A DNA stretch of 63,838 bases, filler included, from Sluysia triapertura (GCA_046118255.1; 5 parts of 5 records of this genome joined end to end with filler, not necessarily neighbours in it), one strand, 5' to 3'; shown: positions 37,679-51,750, counted from the first letter of the whole stretch. Numbers and translations are program-made. Notes: generated from the sequence alone by a model not told the origin.

Positions 37679-40444
37679 TAGAAACATAGTTTAAATATCT
37701 ATATATTTGATCTAAAATTTATAATTAGTGGTTTATACAAAAATCTAGCTAATCGATAGAATTTAGCATTTGTAATTCATTGTTTGATTGGCTTGATTTT
37801 ATATTTTATTGGTTGCTCATTAAATTATCAGAGCCAGTTCACAAGATTACTAACTTACTTTCCTCTTATGTTCTATTAATATTTATATTTAATTGTCCTT
37901 AAAATGTTATTTTCCATCAATTTGAAAAAATGCAATTATACAATTCACATTTGAAAGTGTTTTTTTAAGGGCAATATTTTATTATTCATATTGCACAGAT
38001 TTTATTTGTCATAGTTTTTTTGCTATTCGCTAATAAAGTATCAAACTAAATATAATTGGCTTGAATGATACTCAATGAAGACAAATTTTCAATATTTCAT
38101 TACTTGTCATTTTTTATCTTTAAGTTGATAAAGATATATATATTAAAGCGAACAAATTTCAGGTTTAATATTTTATTTTTATTTGTCTATCTCAAATCTC
38201 GATTAATGTGAGATTATTTATACTGTGATCTATTCGCATTATTTGTAGTTTATTATTATTATTTATAGTCAAGCCTTATTTAAATTGAAAAAAAACTGTA
38301 ATATATTATTTTCTATATTATCTTGAAGTATTTTACGATTATTTCGTATACAACATTAAAGCTTAAGATGTTAGTCATCGGTGTATTTAAAATAATTTAA
38401 AAGTATTAAAATTTAAATATCTACATTAAATTTAAAATCTTTCTTTGCCATTTTAAATATATAAATTTTAAAAAGATTGAAAATAAGACATTTTAATTGT
38501 ATATTTTCGTTAATGTTTAGTTTTAATTACAATATATTAAAATTGAAATAATTTTATAAAGATTTTATACCTTGAAAAATAGATGTACCTCTACTTATTT
38601 GCATTATTTTTATGTAATGTTTAAAAATTCCTACTGTTACTTAGTTCTTATGACCAGAATAAAATGGCCTATAATATTTTATGTTGCATTTGGTAACATT
38701 TGAACAAGTTAAATTCAAAATGTTTAAAAAAATGAAATAAACATTCTTGCTAAATGTTCATGTTATGCTAATATGATGTCTTTGCAGTTAGTGTAAAAAT
38801 TTAGAAAAATATTTTAAATGCACCAGCAATACTTGTATTTTATAAATTGTGTGTATATATTATTGTATAAGAGTTATCAACTCACAGATCAATAAATTTT
38901 GTTAAATAACCAAAATATACTCTTCCAAATAATGTGATAAATAGTAAACCTTAATTTATCAATTTTTCTAAGATAAAGATTTTATTTTTTAGTATTAATA
39001 ATAAATCTATCTACAAATCTAATTACAAATAGTCTTGAATATACTTTAAAAGAATCTCATAAAATGGTGCTGAAAATTTTTGAAACCTATTTTAGTTTAT
39101 ATTACATGTTCAAAGAAACACTAAATTATTTTATTTGTGATTTTGTCTTAGGAAATATCTTGTATAAATATAATATATAATTTATTGCTATAATTTTTAT
39201 GTTATAAATTTAAGAAGCAAATACTTGAAATGTTAAATAAATATTCGTTATTCAATATTTATTATCTCCGTATTAATTTATAAAATAATATTTTATTACA
39301 AATAAATTATCATGTATTAATAATATTGTCATGTGCAGGTAAAACTAAAACTTAAGTTATAAAACAATCGTTATCAGCTTTTATTTTCAACCCAAAATGT
39401 TATTTACCTATTTTTATTTTCGTTGTTAACAATAAAGTTTGTTGAGAGATTTTTTAATGTATGCTTGGTTCTACTGCGTTTAGTTTATAAATTTTACATT
39501 TCTAAAAATGTTGATTGAACTTACAAAGTCTTTTCGAAGCATAAACCTAAGAAACCATTATAGTTAGCTTTCATTCTCCGCAAGACTTGAAACTTTTAAT
39601 TCGGTGTAAAAGAATAAATTCAATTTTATTAACGTAATATTGATATGTGAGTATTATTATTATTTATTATACAGTAAATATTTTAATAAAATGATTCGAT
39701 TCTACTTTTCAGAATATATAACGTAATTTCATGTTTACGTACATTCTGGTTATTTTCCTAAAATACAGCATTTTAACGAATTTTCTTAATATATCCAAAT
39801 TAAGTATTTCATTAGGTTAACTTAGTTTTATAATTTTTGAATTATATGAATAACTAGATAGAAGAAACTTATTAAAAATCAGTATGATGGAAATTTAAAT
39901 TTTCGCAGGAAAATAAAGAATGTACAAATATTTTATTGGTTTATCCCAGCATTAGAATGACAAGTTCTGTTGAGTAATTTGTATTTTTAACTTATTTTGT
40001 ATTTATTGATTATATATGTTTCTTTCAATATTTTCGTATATTTTATGTAAATCCTAGTTTATAAAAATTACAAATTTATTGTATAAATTTTGTTTAGAAA
40101 TTAAAAAGAATAAATTTTAATGAGTTTGAAATTTCAAATTGTTATTTAAAAAAATCTCGATACATTTTCAATATAGAATTAATCTTTTACAAATTAATTA
40201 GTCTATTTAATTTTAATATTTTAAAAATGTTTATCAATTTATTTAACATAACTTTTGATTATAATGTTTTGCTACTTTATCTATTTTTTAAATTCAGTAA
40301 AATTGTGCCATAATTTTAAAATTTATAGTAATTGTATAATAAAACTCGTGCATTTCTGTTAATGTTTTATGAATGATGAATTTGTGTTATGTGAGGTGTA
40401 TTTAAATGCATTTTAATTCAAAGTTATAAACTAATTATTTTAAT

Positions 40445-41200
40445 GCCTACACGAGTTGATCAGCACTTGCAATTCCAATGTCTGGAAGGCTTTCAAGTGC
40501 CAGGGTATCTATGTCGACTTTCTCATGCAGTACCAACTCTCAAACAAATCCCTGTCATGTGAAGTGGAAAATAATGCATGGATGTTTATGATCAAGCCTT
40601 AATTTCAGTCCGCAGAACATACGTCTCCATCTGCCAGTATCATTTGGTGGTGTGGCTTCGAATCTTAATCCTTTCTACACGTGTTCTGTCTATCCCCTCA
40701 TACGAGCACGGCCAGAACAGTCCGGCACAACAACATCCTTAATTACCTAGCGGACAAAATGACCCAAAAGGGATTCACGGTCATCAAGGATTCGCCTAGA
40801 CCAATTATCGGTGACATTCGATGACTTGACATACAAGCCCGTGGTACTTCCTCATACCAACTGTTCTTGATTGACGTCAAAACTCCCATGGACCTGAAGA
40901 AAAATTCCGAACCACCAATATTGCGAAGTATCTGGATACATTCGTCGTTGGAGCCTTGGGCTGATGGGATCCGAGAATGACACGCTATTCAAAGCACTTG
41001 GCTTCCACAAGACCGAAATCAAGACCCTGGTGCGACGGTGTGTACGACTAGCTGTGGAGTCCTCGATTAACGCATACCGCGACTATGTCCTACAATGTCC
41101 CTGAATAGAAGAAAGAAGAGACTCATATTAATACATGTTTTTTAATCATCGAATGGCGCATCAAGAGGGCCCGATTCCCGGTCAGTCCATTTTACGAAGT
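40445..41200 (+). mobile_element. R2/NeSL-group non-LTR retrotransposon 3' remnant (CCHC knuckle plus restriction-like endonuclease)
   Basis: CGFES*SFLHVFC..P...RTVRHNNIL...LDI...LIDVKTP...AKY...FVVGALG*WDP.ND.L..LG are RLE-domain motifs. The ORF ends TGA at 41102-41104. Contains stops and frameshifts. Confidence 0.88.
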
Positions 41201-44200
41201 CTAATAATTTTTTTAATACATAAATTAATTTTTATAATATAAAAGTTTATTAATGTTATAAAGGTCTTCAGAGATTCCAAAAGATCATCCAGGTTTCAAA
41301 TGTTATCAAGGTTCAGAGGTTCAATACTTCATACTTCAAGGCATCTTTCCAAACCGTACTTCATAAAGTTCTCAATACTCTGCAAGGGTCTTTGGAACTC
41401 CAAGGTGTTCTTCGGTTTCAAAACGATTATAAACATTTTACTGTTAATTATTCCTGTTCTAGAAATATTTAATTACATTTATATTAGCATTTCAGATATT
41501 TTGTCACTTCATTATATATTTTTAAATTATTTCGCCTTTTTATCTACATTCTTATACTAACTGAACAATCCCAACATGTCGCTAAACTGAATTATTACAC
41601 ATTATTTTTTAGCGGTTTTACTCCAGTACTTTAATTAATAAATCAATCATCATATTTTTTAAATAACTTTGCCAATTCTGAAAATTTATACTTCTTTTTG
41701 ATAGTTAAAATTTATACTTCTTTTTGATAGTTAAAATTTATTTTTATGATGCTGTTAAAAATACAAATCTTTTAAAACTTCACCTTAAATGTTTTTCCTT
41801 TAACAAATTATTAGACTTTAGATTTTTTTAATTATTAATAAATTTTTCTTAACTCAAACTTTGTAGGTTCCTCTTTAATTTTTTATTTAAACTATTCTTT
41901 TTATTAAATTTTTAATAACTTCTCTTTATGTTGCTGTAGCTTTTCTAATTCTGAATCTACGGCAAATATTTTTAGCAGGATTCGATTACAGTAAATGTCT
42001 TATGTCGTAAGGAGGGGATTCTTGTAACTAATAAGTGGATAGTTTATTTTAAATATAAGTGTTATGTAACTAGGTTCTTTAATAATCTATGCTTAAATTT
42101 TTTAATAATTAAATAATGCATATACGTTAATTTTATTTATAGAATACAAAATTATGACAATGATATTAATAAGGCAAAAGAATAAATATATAAAGATTAT
42201 AAATTAATATTTTTATTTAGGAAACAATTTTCAAGTTAATGAATTTTTATTTAATATTTTATTATTATTTATAATTTCAGATCTCTTTCTTCGGATGGTA
42301 TGGATAGTAGTATTAGAATATTAACATTGTAAAAGAAAAGACCAAAATCATGAAATCTAGTTCCATAGTCCATGGAATCTATAATAATAATATTGTTGAG
42401 ATTGCCCAACTGTAGATCAGGAGATGAGTGAGAAACATATAGAACTATAAAATGAAGGAAGAACTGTTACAAAGAGATGGATTGATGGAATAAGAATCAC
42501 GAAAGTGAAAATCTCTATAATAATTTTAAACAGCTAAAGAATTACAAAGTTATACGGAGTTACAAATACATGTATAATGGTGTGAGACCTTATGGAAACT
42601 TGAGATAGACTTGGAAAAACTTTCAAAGCATTAAGATGCCTTTGAACTTGTAAACCTTTAGATAATTTAAGATCATATTAACCTTGAATCATCGATAAGC
42701 ATTTGAGATACTTTAGTAACCTTATAAAGTATTTAAAATCTTTAAAATATTGAGAAATAAAATCGTTATTTCTATTAACGATCAGTCTAATATGGCAATA
42801 ATTAATATAGAGAAGTATAAAAGGGAATCTGGAAGGTGAAGGTGAAAACACCTAGAGCCTCATGAATGCCTTATGAACTACTAAATAACTTCAGAACCTT
42901 AAAAAACGAAACATAAAATAAGATTGAGTCTAAAAATAAATTAATTAAAAATCTTAATTAACTTAATTAAGAGAAAGTATGTTTTTGTGAATAACTTTTG
43001 AATGCAGAATGCTATGCTAAATTTGAAATTGTGTATGTATTTGTTTTGAAAATACTTCGTAATGAAGGCATGGTTTGACCGAGTTCATGCAAGGAAAGTC
43101 TTAATATTGAGCAAAGTCAAATTTTAATTAATTTTTAATTATGGAATGTTGGATGCAAATATGATGAATGGAATATGAGATGATTGTTATGAAAAAGGAG
43201 AATCTATAGTGAGTTCGAAATGTTTGTAGAATGGTTCGTTTGAGAATAAGAAGCTTAAAACATTTTTCATTAGAAAATTGAAAAAGAGAAAATTAATTAA
43301 ATAATTGAAAGTGAAATTAAATTGATTATTTTTATGTATGTTAATAATATTGTTTATTGTTATTTTAATGTGAGAAGTAATTTAAATAAAAATAGATTGA
43401 GTAGAGTGAAAGGAAATGATGGCTGATAATTAATCAGATTTTTATGTTTTGTACTTAATGAAGTTTGACAGACCGTACCATGTAATTGTCAAATTTGTTA
43501 TTGTCGGTATGATTCTCAAAGAAGTTAGGATGATTTGTGTGAGAGAGTGTTTGGTTGTGAGACTTGGAACTGATTGGATGATGAGAGAGTATAAAATAAA
43601 GATTTATCACACAATAACAACAATGACACAATTATGCAATTATCCAGTGAAGATCCATGCATAAGGTAATGTTTTTGTTTATTTTTTATCTTTGTTATTT
43701 TATTATTTTAAAATTAAAATAAGGTGATTAATCGATTTTATTTTAATTTTATTTTTTGATTTTATTGTGCTACTTTTATTGTAAGTTGTTTGATTTTATT
43801 TTCAGCCATTTTTTAAAGTAGTTTTGCGGAAATCACCCTAAGCAATTTATTTTATCGAAACATTAAATATTTTTACTTAAGAAAGGATCTCTGCCAAAAT
43901 TTTTATAATCGTGATTACTCTTGGTTACGTTAACTAAAAATATTTAAGTAGCATAATTATTATTAACTTTCTAAATATTGATATTGTTAGTGTCTCTTGC
44001 GTCACTCCTGGCTTTTTAGTTAGATTGTAGTATTCTTAATATTATTTTAAACGCTATTGTTAATTTTGTCATTTTAGTTATTTTTAGTATTGTTTAGTGG
44101 AGAGTCATATTAATAACTATAAATTCTAATTTGATTTTTGTTTAATAGTAAATTATTGCCTTATTTTTGATTTGATTTTTAAGAGCTTAATTTGAGGGGA

Positions 44201-44789
44201 TTGTTATTAATATTAAGTAAGAGAATTACTGCAAAATTATATTTGATATAGTGGCTACTTAAATTATTAAGATTCTTTTAAGCTAATCAAGATAATATTA
44301 AGTTATCATAGCTAATAGCATTAAAGACGCAACAATGTTGAATATTGGTAAGAATTAACATATAACTTTAATTTATTAAAATTAATATTATCAAACTATA
44401 ATGTATATGAATTGCTGTCTAATTTTGTTAATTCATTTATATTGTTCGAAGTATGTTTTACGTGACTTGTAAAAGCTCTCAAGGTTAAAAATATTGTTTC
44501 TAAATTAAAAGTTTATAAATTTGTCAAAGTTATTTTTCTAAAATTATTTTTAATTAATATTTCAATTATTATTTTATAATTTCAGATTGCTTTGGATGGC
44601 TGCCTCTACAATCTTAGGCTTTCTTACATGACTTTTGTGAGTATTTAATTTGAAGTCCAGCGCGTTTCGTGCGTTCTCTAGTTTTACTCGCATTATTATT
44701 ACATATACTAAAGTCTCCAAATATTCGAGTGTTTTCCCAACATCAAGTAGAATGGAGTGAAATTATTTGTTGGATGAACTCAGCTTCTA

Positions 44790-45250
44790 TAGGAAAATAA
44801 ACTTTCAACCTTTTGACTGGCATCGAATGTGACTTAGACCATTTAGTCAGATAATTAGCAAAAACGATGATATATTTATTTCTCTTATGTTCTCTGGGAG
44901 TGGACCCATTACGTCAATTACTGCAAACTCAAGTGATGATAATGCTATGGGAATAGATTTTAATGTTTATATTATTTTTTCTCCTACTTTTTATTTTTTT
45001 TCTCTTGAAACAAATAGTACAGCAATTACACCACCTTTTTAACATTATCTTCTATAATTTACCAATAATATTTGTTCTTTATTCTTGTACTTTATTTCTT
45101 GTAGAAAAGTGACCACGTAACTTTTTATTATGAACTGAATCAATCTAGGTGTTACTTGTTCTTGGCCTTTTTAAATCTTAGGATACCTTCTCCAGTGACA
45201 TGTCTTTTAACTTGGTTTTCATTTAATTCCCCTTTCTTCAAGACTTCTAA
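44790..45250 (-). mobile_element. Ty3/gypsy integrase remnant
   Basis: GHFS...KYYW (zinc-binding region), LKSIP, IDVMGPLP and NKYIIVFANYLTKW. Confidence 0.85.
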
Positions 45251-46401
45251 AATAAAAGAAAATTCATTATCTACCCTTTGATATCTATGTAAAGACAACA
45301 TACATACATTTGTGATTAACAATACATTTATGATTATTTTATGATAAACATTGTATAGTTATTGATTTTTTGATAAAGACATACATTTATAATTATTATT
45401 TATGCATGTAATTAAATAATGTACAGTTATTGATTTTTAACTTATAATTTTATTTGAATAATTTATAATTATTATTGATTTTTAACAATTTCGGACGTAA
45501 TTTACAGTTTTGGAATTAATTTAAATTTTAAAAGGAAAAAATGTAAGTGTTACTCAATATTCTTATTCGTTTAATTTAATATTTTAATATTTAAATTTAA
45601 TTTAATATTCTTATTCGTTTAAATTGTTTAAATTTAAAAGCCAAGGTCGATCTTAAACAAGTATAAAAAGTCACATTTTTACGTTATCTCACAAAAATTT
45701 TTTACAATAGACAAATACAGAATGTGTACGGATTTCTCAAGTTTTAATACAGTTTCACGCCGTTGTGTATTACTTCAGATCGACTTTAACCAATCTTCGC
45801 TTTTCAATAAATTAATTTTGTAAAGTTAGTTTATTTTATTTTAAGGCTCGATACTAATACAGTATCTCCGTAAAATACACTCAAAATACATTTAATACAA
45901 GAACTTGAAACTTTTAACAGTTTCTCGAAAAATGCGTTTTTAAACTACATTATTTAAGGATTTAATTAACTAATAGTTAATTATTGTAAAATTTTATAAA
46001 TTTATTATTGTTCTTATTTTTTATCATTGTATTTGATAAATATACCTTCACGAAAGAACGCCTTCATTATTCTTGAATAAATATTAACTTTCACAGTTTT
46101 AAAATACGTAAATTTACCACTACAAGTAAAGTTTTTGATTCAAAGTATAATTTTGACTACGTAAAATCACTACGCAAAATCATTCATCTCAACACAAATC
46201 CTTGTAATATGATTTTCGAAAAATCATTGTAAACGATTTTATTATAATTAAAATTATTCTCTATAACTAAAATACCTCCAGATCTAGATTTAACTGTCCT
46301 TATAAAATTTGAAAACTAATTAGATACACACAGACCTTGACTTTAGAGCATTCGTAAACTTAAGATATTTTCCTTAGTGACAATACTTTAAATTATAGAA
46401 A

Positions 46402-46500
46402 AAAATCCAACAGCTAGCTCTAACTGGTAAGCCTAGTACGTTGGTGGACTCACGTTAAAATCCTACTTTTATTCTATCTTATCTTTTAAATTCTCACAAT
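46402..46500 (+). repeat. Left arm of the 13248 MITE family
   Basis: AAAATCCAACAGCTAGCTCTAACTGGTAAGCCTAGTACGTTGGTGGACTCAC...TTTTATTCTATCT...TTCTCACAA is colinear with 13248-13348. Confidence 0.7.
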
Positions 46501-46584
46501 TATTTCCTTGGAGTCTTTCACCTTATCTGACAGTGTCATGATTTTTATGAAATTTACATTACCTTTATTGTCCATATTCATTAA

Positions 46585-47105
46585 CCTAGACATACAATCA
46601 GCTCATAAATGATCCCTAAATCAAATTATGATAGCTTTGTAAACCATCTGATTATTTTACCTCTATGATTACACAAGTGAGAAGTTTGTGACCCGTGTAT
46701 AAATAAATATTTTGTCCTATTAAATAATGTCTAAATAGTTTTACACGCATATGCAATTGCAAGACATTCTCCTTCAGTAGTCGAATAATTTATTTCGGCT
46801 TTATTTAAACGTCAGCTCTCATAAACTATTACTGCTTCTATATTATTGCTATCTATTTGTTCTAGTATGAAGCCTAAGGCATAATTACTTGCACCTGTCG
46901 TTAATGTAAAATGTTATAACATCTGGAAAAATTAATATTGGTGTTGTAAGTAATCTTTATTTTAAGTGTGCGAGAACTGTTGCTCATCGGTCCATTTAAA
47001 TTCAATATCCTTTTTTTGTTAACTTTCTTAAAGGTTGCGCAATTTTGGCGAAATCTCTAACAAATCTTATCTAATCATTTGAAAGTCCTAGAAAACGTTG
47101 ACCTT
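46585..47105 (-). mobile_element. Ty3/gypsy RT-connection/RNase H remnant
   Basis: RFLGL..RFVRDFAKIAQPL.KLTKK..F.WT, TGASNYALGFILEQ, AEINYSTTEGECLAI, FRHYLIG, IIRW and ADCMSR. Same strand as, and upstream of, the integrase remnant. Confidence 0.93.
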
Positions 47106-47766
47106 TTTGATATTATTTATTCGTTAGGATTTAACTACTTTTTCAATATTTTTTGGATTTGGTTAAATACCACATTCGACTTGTTTTTCCGACCAAACAC
47201 ATTTTTTTGGCTTTATTTTCTATCTGACTGGGGTGGCTTAAACCACTACCGACGATTTTATGATGGTAGAAACATCTATCAAAACACATTAATCACTCAT
47301 TATTATATAACACCATTTCAAATTTCCAAAACATTTGAACATTCGATAGATTTTTACTTTATTTTATTAACCACCAAAATATTTTAATCTAACCTGTACC
47401 GCCACCGTTATCGTTATTGTCATCATCAGTACGATTAGTATTACTATCATTAAAATTATTATTATTACATGTTAAAGTCAATGTTTTGCAGAATTATCGT
47501 TATTATTACTATAATTTGAACGATGCCAGTGCAATGTATCAACTAATGGAAAACAAAATAAATGTGGAAGAATTTCTATCCCAAGCAAAGATATAAATTG
47601 ATTAAACCATTATAGATCTTTGGACTGAATAAGAAATACGCATATTGTAAACCATCTTAAAGAAAAATTATATCTGTAATAACTAATATAAAAATTATGT
47701 CCAATAAAAATTATTATAATATTACCTATGTATAATATCATTTTTGTAACATAAAAAATTTAATAT

Positions 47767-48422
47767 TGTAGTGGCCAACACTCACAACCTAAAACTTTTT
47801 AAAACATAATATTCAATATTCATAATTTAAACTTCACTAAAATATAATTTCCAAAACAATCACACTTCTTACTATCGAACTACATCAACTCAATCATCAT
47901 AAACAACATTACACATTCATAATATCCTAACAACTCATATTTAACAACAACTCGATTAACACTCTCAATCATCCACTCCACACCTTACCTTGATAATTAA
48001 TCTCGAATAATTCACAACATTCACTCAAAAGCTATTTTTTAAACAAACCACAACCACAAGATATAATACACAAATCATAAATACAATAACACCATTCAAC
48101 AACGTTAACAAGTACCTCAGAAATAAAAAACATTTACATTAAAATCTTTAACTAACTACACCAAGCTAAATCCACTTGATTTACACATGTTCATTTTCAA
48201 TACCCATTCTAATCACATTACAAACACGTTAAGATTTATTTTTTAATCTTATTTCAAAACTAAATAAACCACAACCACATCTCAAACTATCATATTCAAG
48301 GCTCAAATCATTTCTTTTATCTTTATAAATAAACACAATAAAGCTTTAAAGAATTCATTATTTAATATGAAGCAACAACGATAACCTAGACAAGTATACC
48401 TCGTTATCGTTGTCCCTTCACA
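47767..48422 (+). mobile_element. Possible solo LTR or other C/A-skewed repeat (TG...CA)
   Basis: Begins TGTAGTGGCCAAC (related starts near 8390, 59520 and inverted at 31745) and ends CCTTCACA. Contains AATAAA and an 11-bp hairpin at 48375-48413. Confidence 0.35.
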
Positions 48423-49054
48423 GTATTTAACCAGTTTTACTTCTTTTATTTACTATATATGTTAGAAAGAAACGAATTTAAAAGAAAAAGATTATGTAAA
48501 CATTTCTAAGACAAGNNNNNNNNNNNNNNNNNNNNNNNNNNNNNNNNNNNNNNNNNNNNNNNNNNNNNNNNNNNNNNNNNNNNNNNNNNNNNNNNNNNNN
48601 NNNNNNNNNNNNNNNNNNNNNNNNNNNNNNNNNNNNNNNNNNNNNNNNNNNTTAAAAATGTTTACTTGGTGATGATAAATCTGGTTACTGCCATCACCAG
48701 TGTTGACAGTCTATGTCACATTTTTCATTAGTCTGTCAGCGCTGATGTTGGTCAGTCATCAGTTTTTCTCTTCACTGATTTTCATTACAAAAATGGCAAC
48801 ACATCACCCAATTACAAAAACCAATAATTCCTAACCACACTTACTTGTAGTCTGATTGGGTGGATGAAAAATTAGTGACATCAATAACCATTTTCGAACT
48901 CTCTGTCACAATTTTCAACGAAGTTTCATTATTAAAAAAATTTTGCAATATTGTTCAACAAGAGTGTACCACAGAAATTATTAAAGTGTGGAATTTAATT
49001 CAAAATTCGATAAGCTGTGGCTAATACTAATATGAAGAATAAATCCATGTCATT

Positions 49055-49858
49055 AGATATCCTACAACAAAACAATCGAAGTCGTTTAAGAAAAATAAAG
49101 CTCCCAATAATAATGACAAAGAAATTATTTTAAGTGATGGGTATGATATTTTATCAGCTCCAGACGACATCAGTGTTAATCGTTCCTTAGACACTATCAC
49201 TAGTGATGGCTATAAGAATATCGGTTATGATAACGACAATGATAATAGAATTGATGATGATTCAGATTGTAATTCAGAAGAAAAGTTTAAAAACTATCTT
49301 GTAAGTAAGTACAATAATATGTCAAAGAGTGTTAAGAAATCAAAATACGATTTATGTCATGATATAAAACACAACTTTTCTCATAACAACTCCTCAGAAA
49401 ACGATGAAAGTGCTAATTCTATAATAATGAGCTCAAATATAAAAGCTGAAAACAAGGCCAATTTGGTTGTAGGATACCTATCCCAAAACATGAACCAAGA
49501 AGAAATGAGAAATTCGTTTGGTAAATTAGGTGATTTGGAAAATTTCAAATCGGTACGCGACAAAATTACTGGTGAAAATCGTCACATTGATCATTCAAAT
49601 ACAGTGCTTTCAACAGCTAAAAACATGCAGTATGATTATTAGGATAAAATTTTATCAACAAATAATGATGACCATCAAAATGAATTAGACCGTGGATCAT
49701 GTTCGTTAGATGCAGAACGATCAGGTGATGAATCTACAGTTTTCAAGAAGAACAAAATGATTAACATGAAAAGTAATATTTTCTCAAACGATTTAACTGG
49801 ATCAATGAAGTACAATAGGAAGATCTATGGAAAGAAAGGGCCGAATATAAAGAAATAA
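49055..49858 (+). pseudogene. Low-complexity Asn/Asp-rich frame containing the first half of an ELAV/Hu RRM1, interrupted by one TAG
   Basis: NKANLVVGYLSQNMNQEEMRNSFGKLGDLENFKSVRDKITG matches ELAV KTNLIVNYLPQNMTQEE.RSLF..IGE.ESCKLVRDKITG. Similarity stops there. Confidence 0.7.
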
Positions 49859-51696
49859 AGAATATGATCGTAGTTTCTACTTTGAACAAATTAACTATAA
49901 CGTTCATAAAAATCATTTGTTTAATAAAGTTTTGTGTTAATAACTATATAATTTTAATTTGTGTTTTAAAACATAAAATATGCCATGTATGTTCTGTTAA
50001 AGTATATAAATATAAATTTGCTAATGATCTAACAATCAAATTGATTTGTAGTAATATTAAGATTCAAGATTTGTATAAAAGTTATGAAATGGAAAATCTC
50101 AAACATATTAAGATTCATAACGAAACATTTTTAATTCCTAACATGTTTCTGTGCATAATTATAGCTAATCTAGGTAGAAATGAATTAATTTTCGAAGTAT
50201 TAGCCCATTTTTTAAAGTTATTTCGAAATAATCACAAGAATACTTATAGTAAGTTCTTAGGTGAAAGAAATTTTAAAATTAAAACTGCGTAAGAATCGTA
50301 AGTGCCCTAACTGGTCGGTGAAAACCCCAAATTATTAATAATAATTAATTAATAATTAATAATAATATTATTATTAATTCTTTTAACAAATTTCTAAATA
50401 AGCCATGTCAATTAAATGAGAACAATTAATTAGTTGAGAGAAGTTACAATAAATTCTTTTTGATTGAAATTTCATTTATTGGAACATTTTTATTGTATTT
50501 AGTAAATTAAATATTTCATTAACAAAAACATCGAAATTGTCGTGGCTTAAATCTACCTGCTTCCAACTATTTTTAGGATAGAAAATTTTAAAAAATGGAT
50601 AATATGTAACATACTGTTCGTGACAAAACGATCTTTATAAAACAATCCAAACTTTATAATGTAGCTCCAATATTTTGCTTCTTTGACAATTACCACAATA
50701 ACTATGAAAAAATTGCACAAACCATAACGTTTTAGGAATATTAGTTACAAATGCGTTCTTAAAAAATCCGGTGTTATCATTATAATTATAATATTGGCCA
50801 GAAACATAATCAGAAACATGTAATCCTTAGGAAGTTATATCAAATGATTAACTAATTCTTTTATTGATAAATGAGATTTGATTTTGTTAACATTATCAAT
50901 CTATTGAATTTGTTTCTTATTAGCACATAGAAGCAAATAATTCCATGACAATCACTCCAATTAAATTACGAAGTAATTCCAATAAATGTACGTCTAATTT
51001 ATCTGATTTAATAACATTATCCAACACCTTCATGACAATAACTTGGAATGATTTCCAGATATTATTGCCATTTTTTATTAGATGTTCGTATATTTGTTAA
51101 TAGCATAACCAAATTCACTTATCGTAAGTTATGTACTCGTCTTTATTGAATGCTTTATGTCCCATTTCTTCTCTAGTCTTCCATTCATCATCAATTCGTT
51201 TGTTGTTGGATTCTTTACTAGATTTATAACCGCATAAATTCTTGGCAGATTCTCACGTTTTCACAATACCTTTCTTGCATGTCATCATCATTCATAAAGA
51301 TAAACAAACATTTAAAGAGAGACATCAAGTCAAACATTGAAACAAGAAAAGCACTTGCAACATCAAAGATAAAGATTATAGCAAGAGCAATTACCAAATT
51401 ATTATAATAATTAATATTATTTTAATGATAATTATTACTGTTTGAATGGTTGGAATGAGAATGATTATTATTGTGACAGTAATTATGATAACAGTAACTG
51501 TGTTTATGTTTTGAATGAATCGAGTAACTTATGTTGCTTTGTGATGAAAATTGTTTGTGATTGTGATGTTTCTATGTGGAATTCACTATATCGATAATTA
51601 AACTATTTTTATTCTATGTTTGTATGTTTATGTTCGCTTTGTATTCTAGTAATTTATATAATATCGTAGCAATTAAATATTTAATGCAATGCGTTT

Positions 51697-51750
51697 GTGA
51701 GTTCACCTACTATCTTAATTTTACGTATTACGGCTGCACAGTAGGATTTT
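51697..51750 (-). repeat. Right-arm-like copy of the 13248 MITE family
   Basis: GTGAGTTCACCTAC...TTACGGCTGCACAGTAGGATTTT resembles 13567-13620. Confidence 0.5.

Noticed and set aside
44586-44636. Small exon flanked by TTTCAG and GTGAGT
   Set aside because: The acceptor-side sequence is duplicated at about 42260-42282, indicating a repeat, and the peptide matches nothing I recognise.
49864-50292. 142-aa ORF as a gene
   Set aside because: Ile/Lys/Asn-biased translation typical of AT-rich noncoding or repeat DNA, with no motif. The same applies to most 60-110-aa ORFs in the track.
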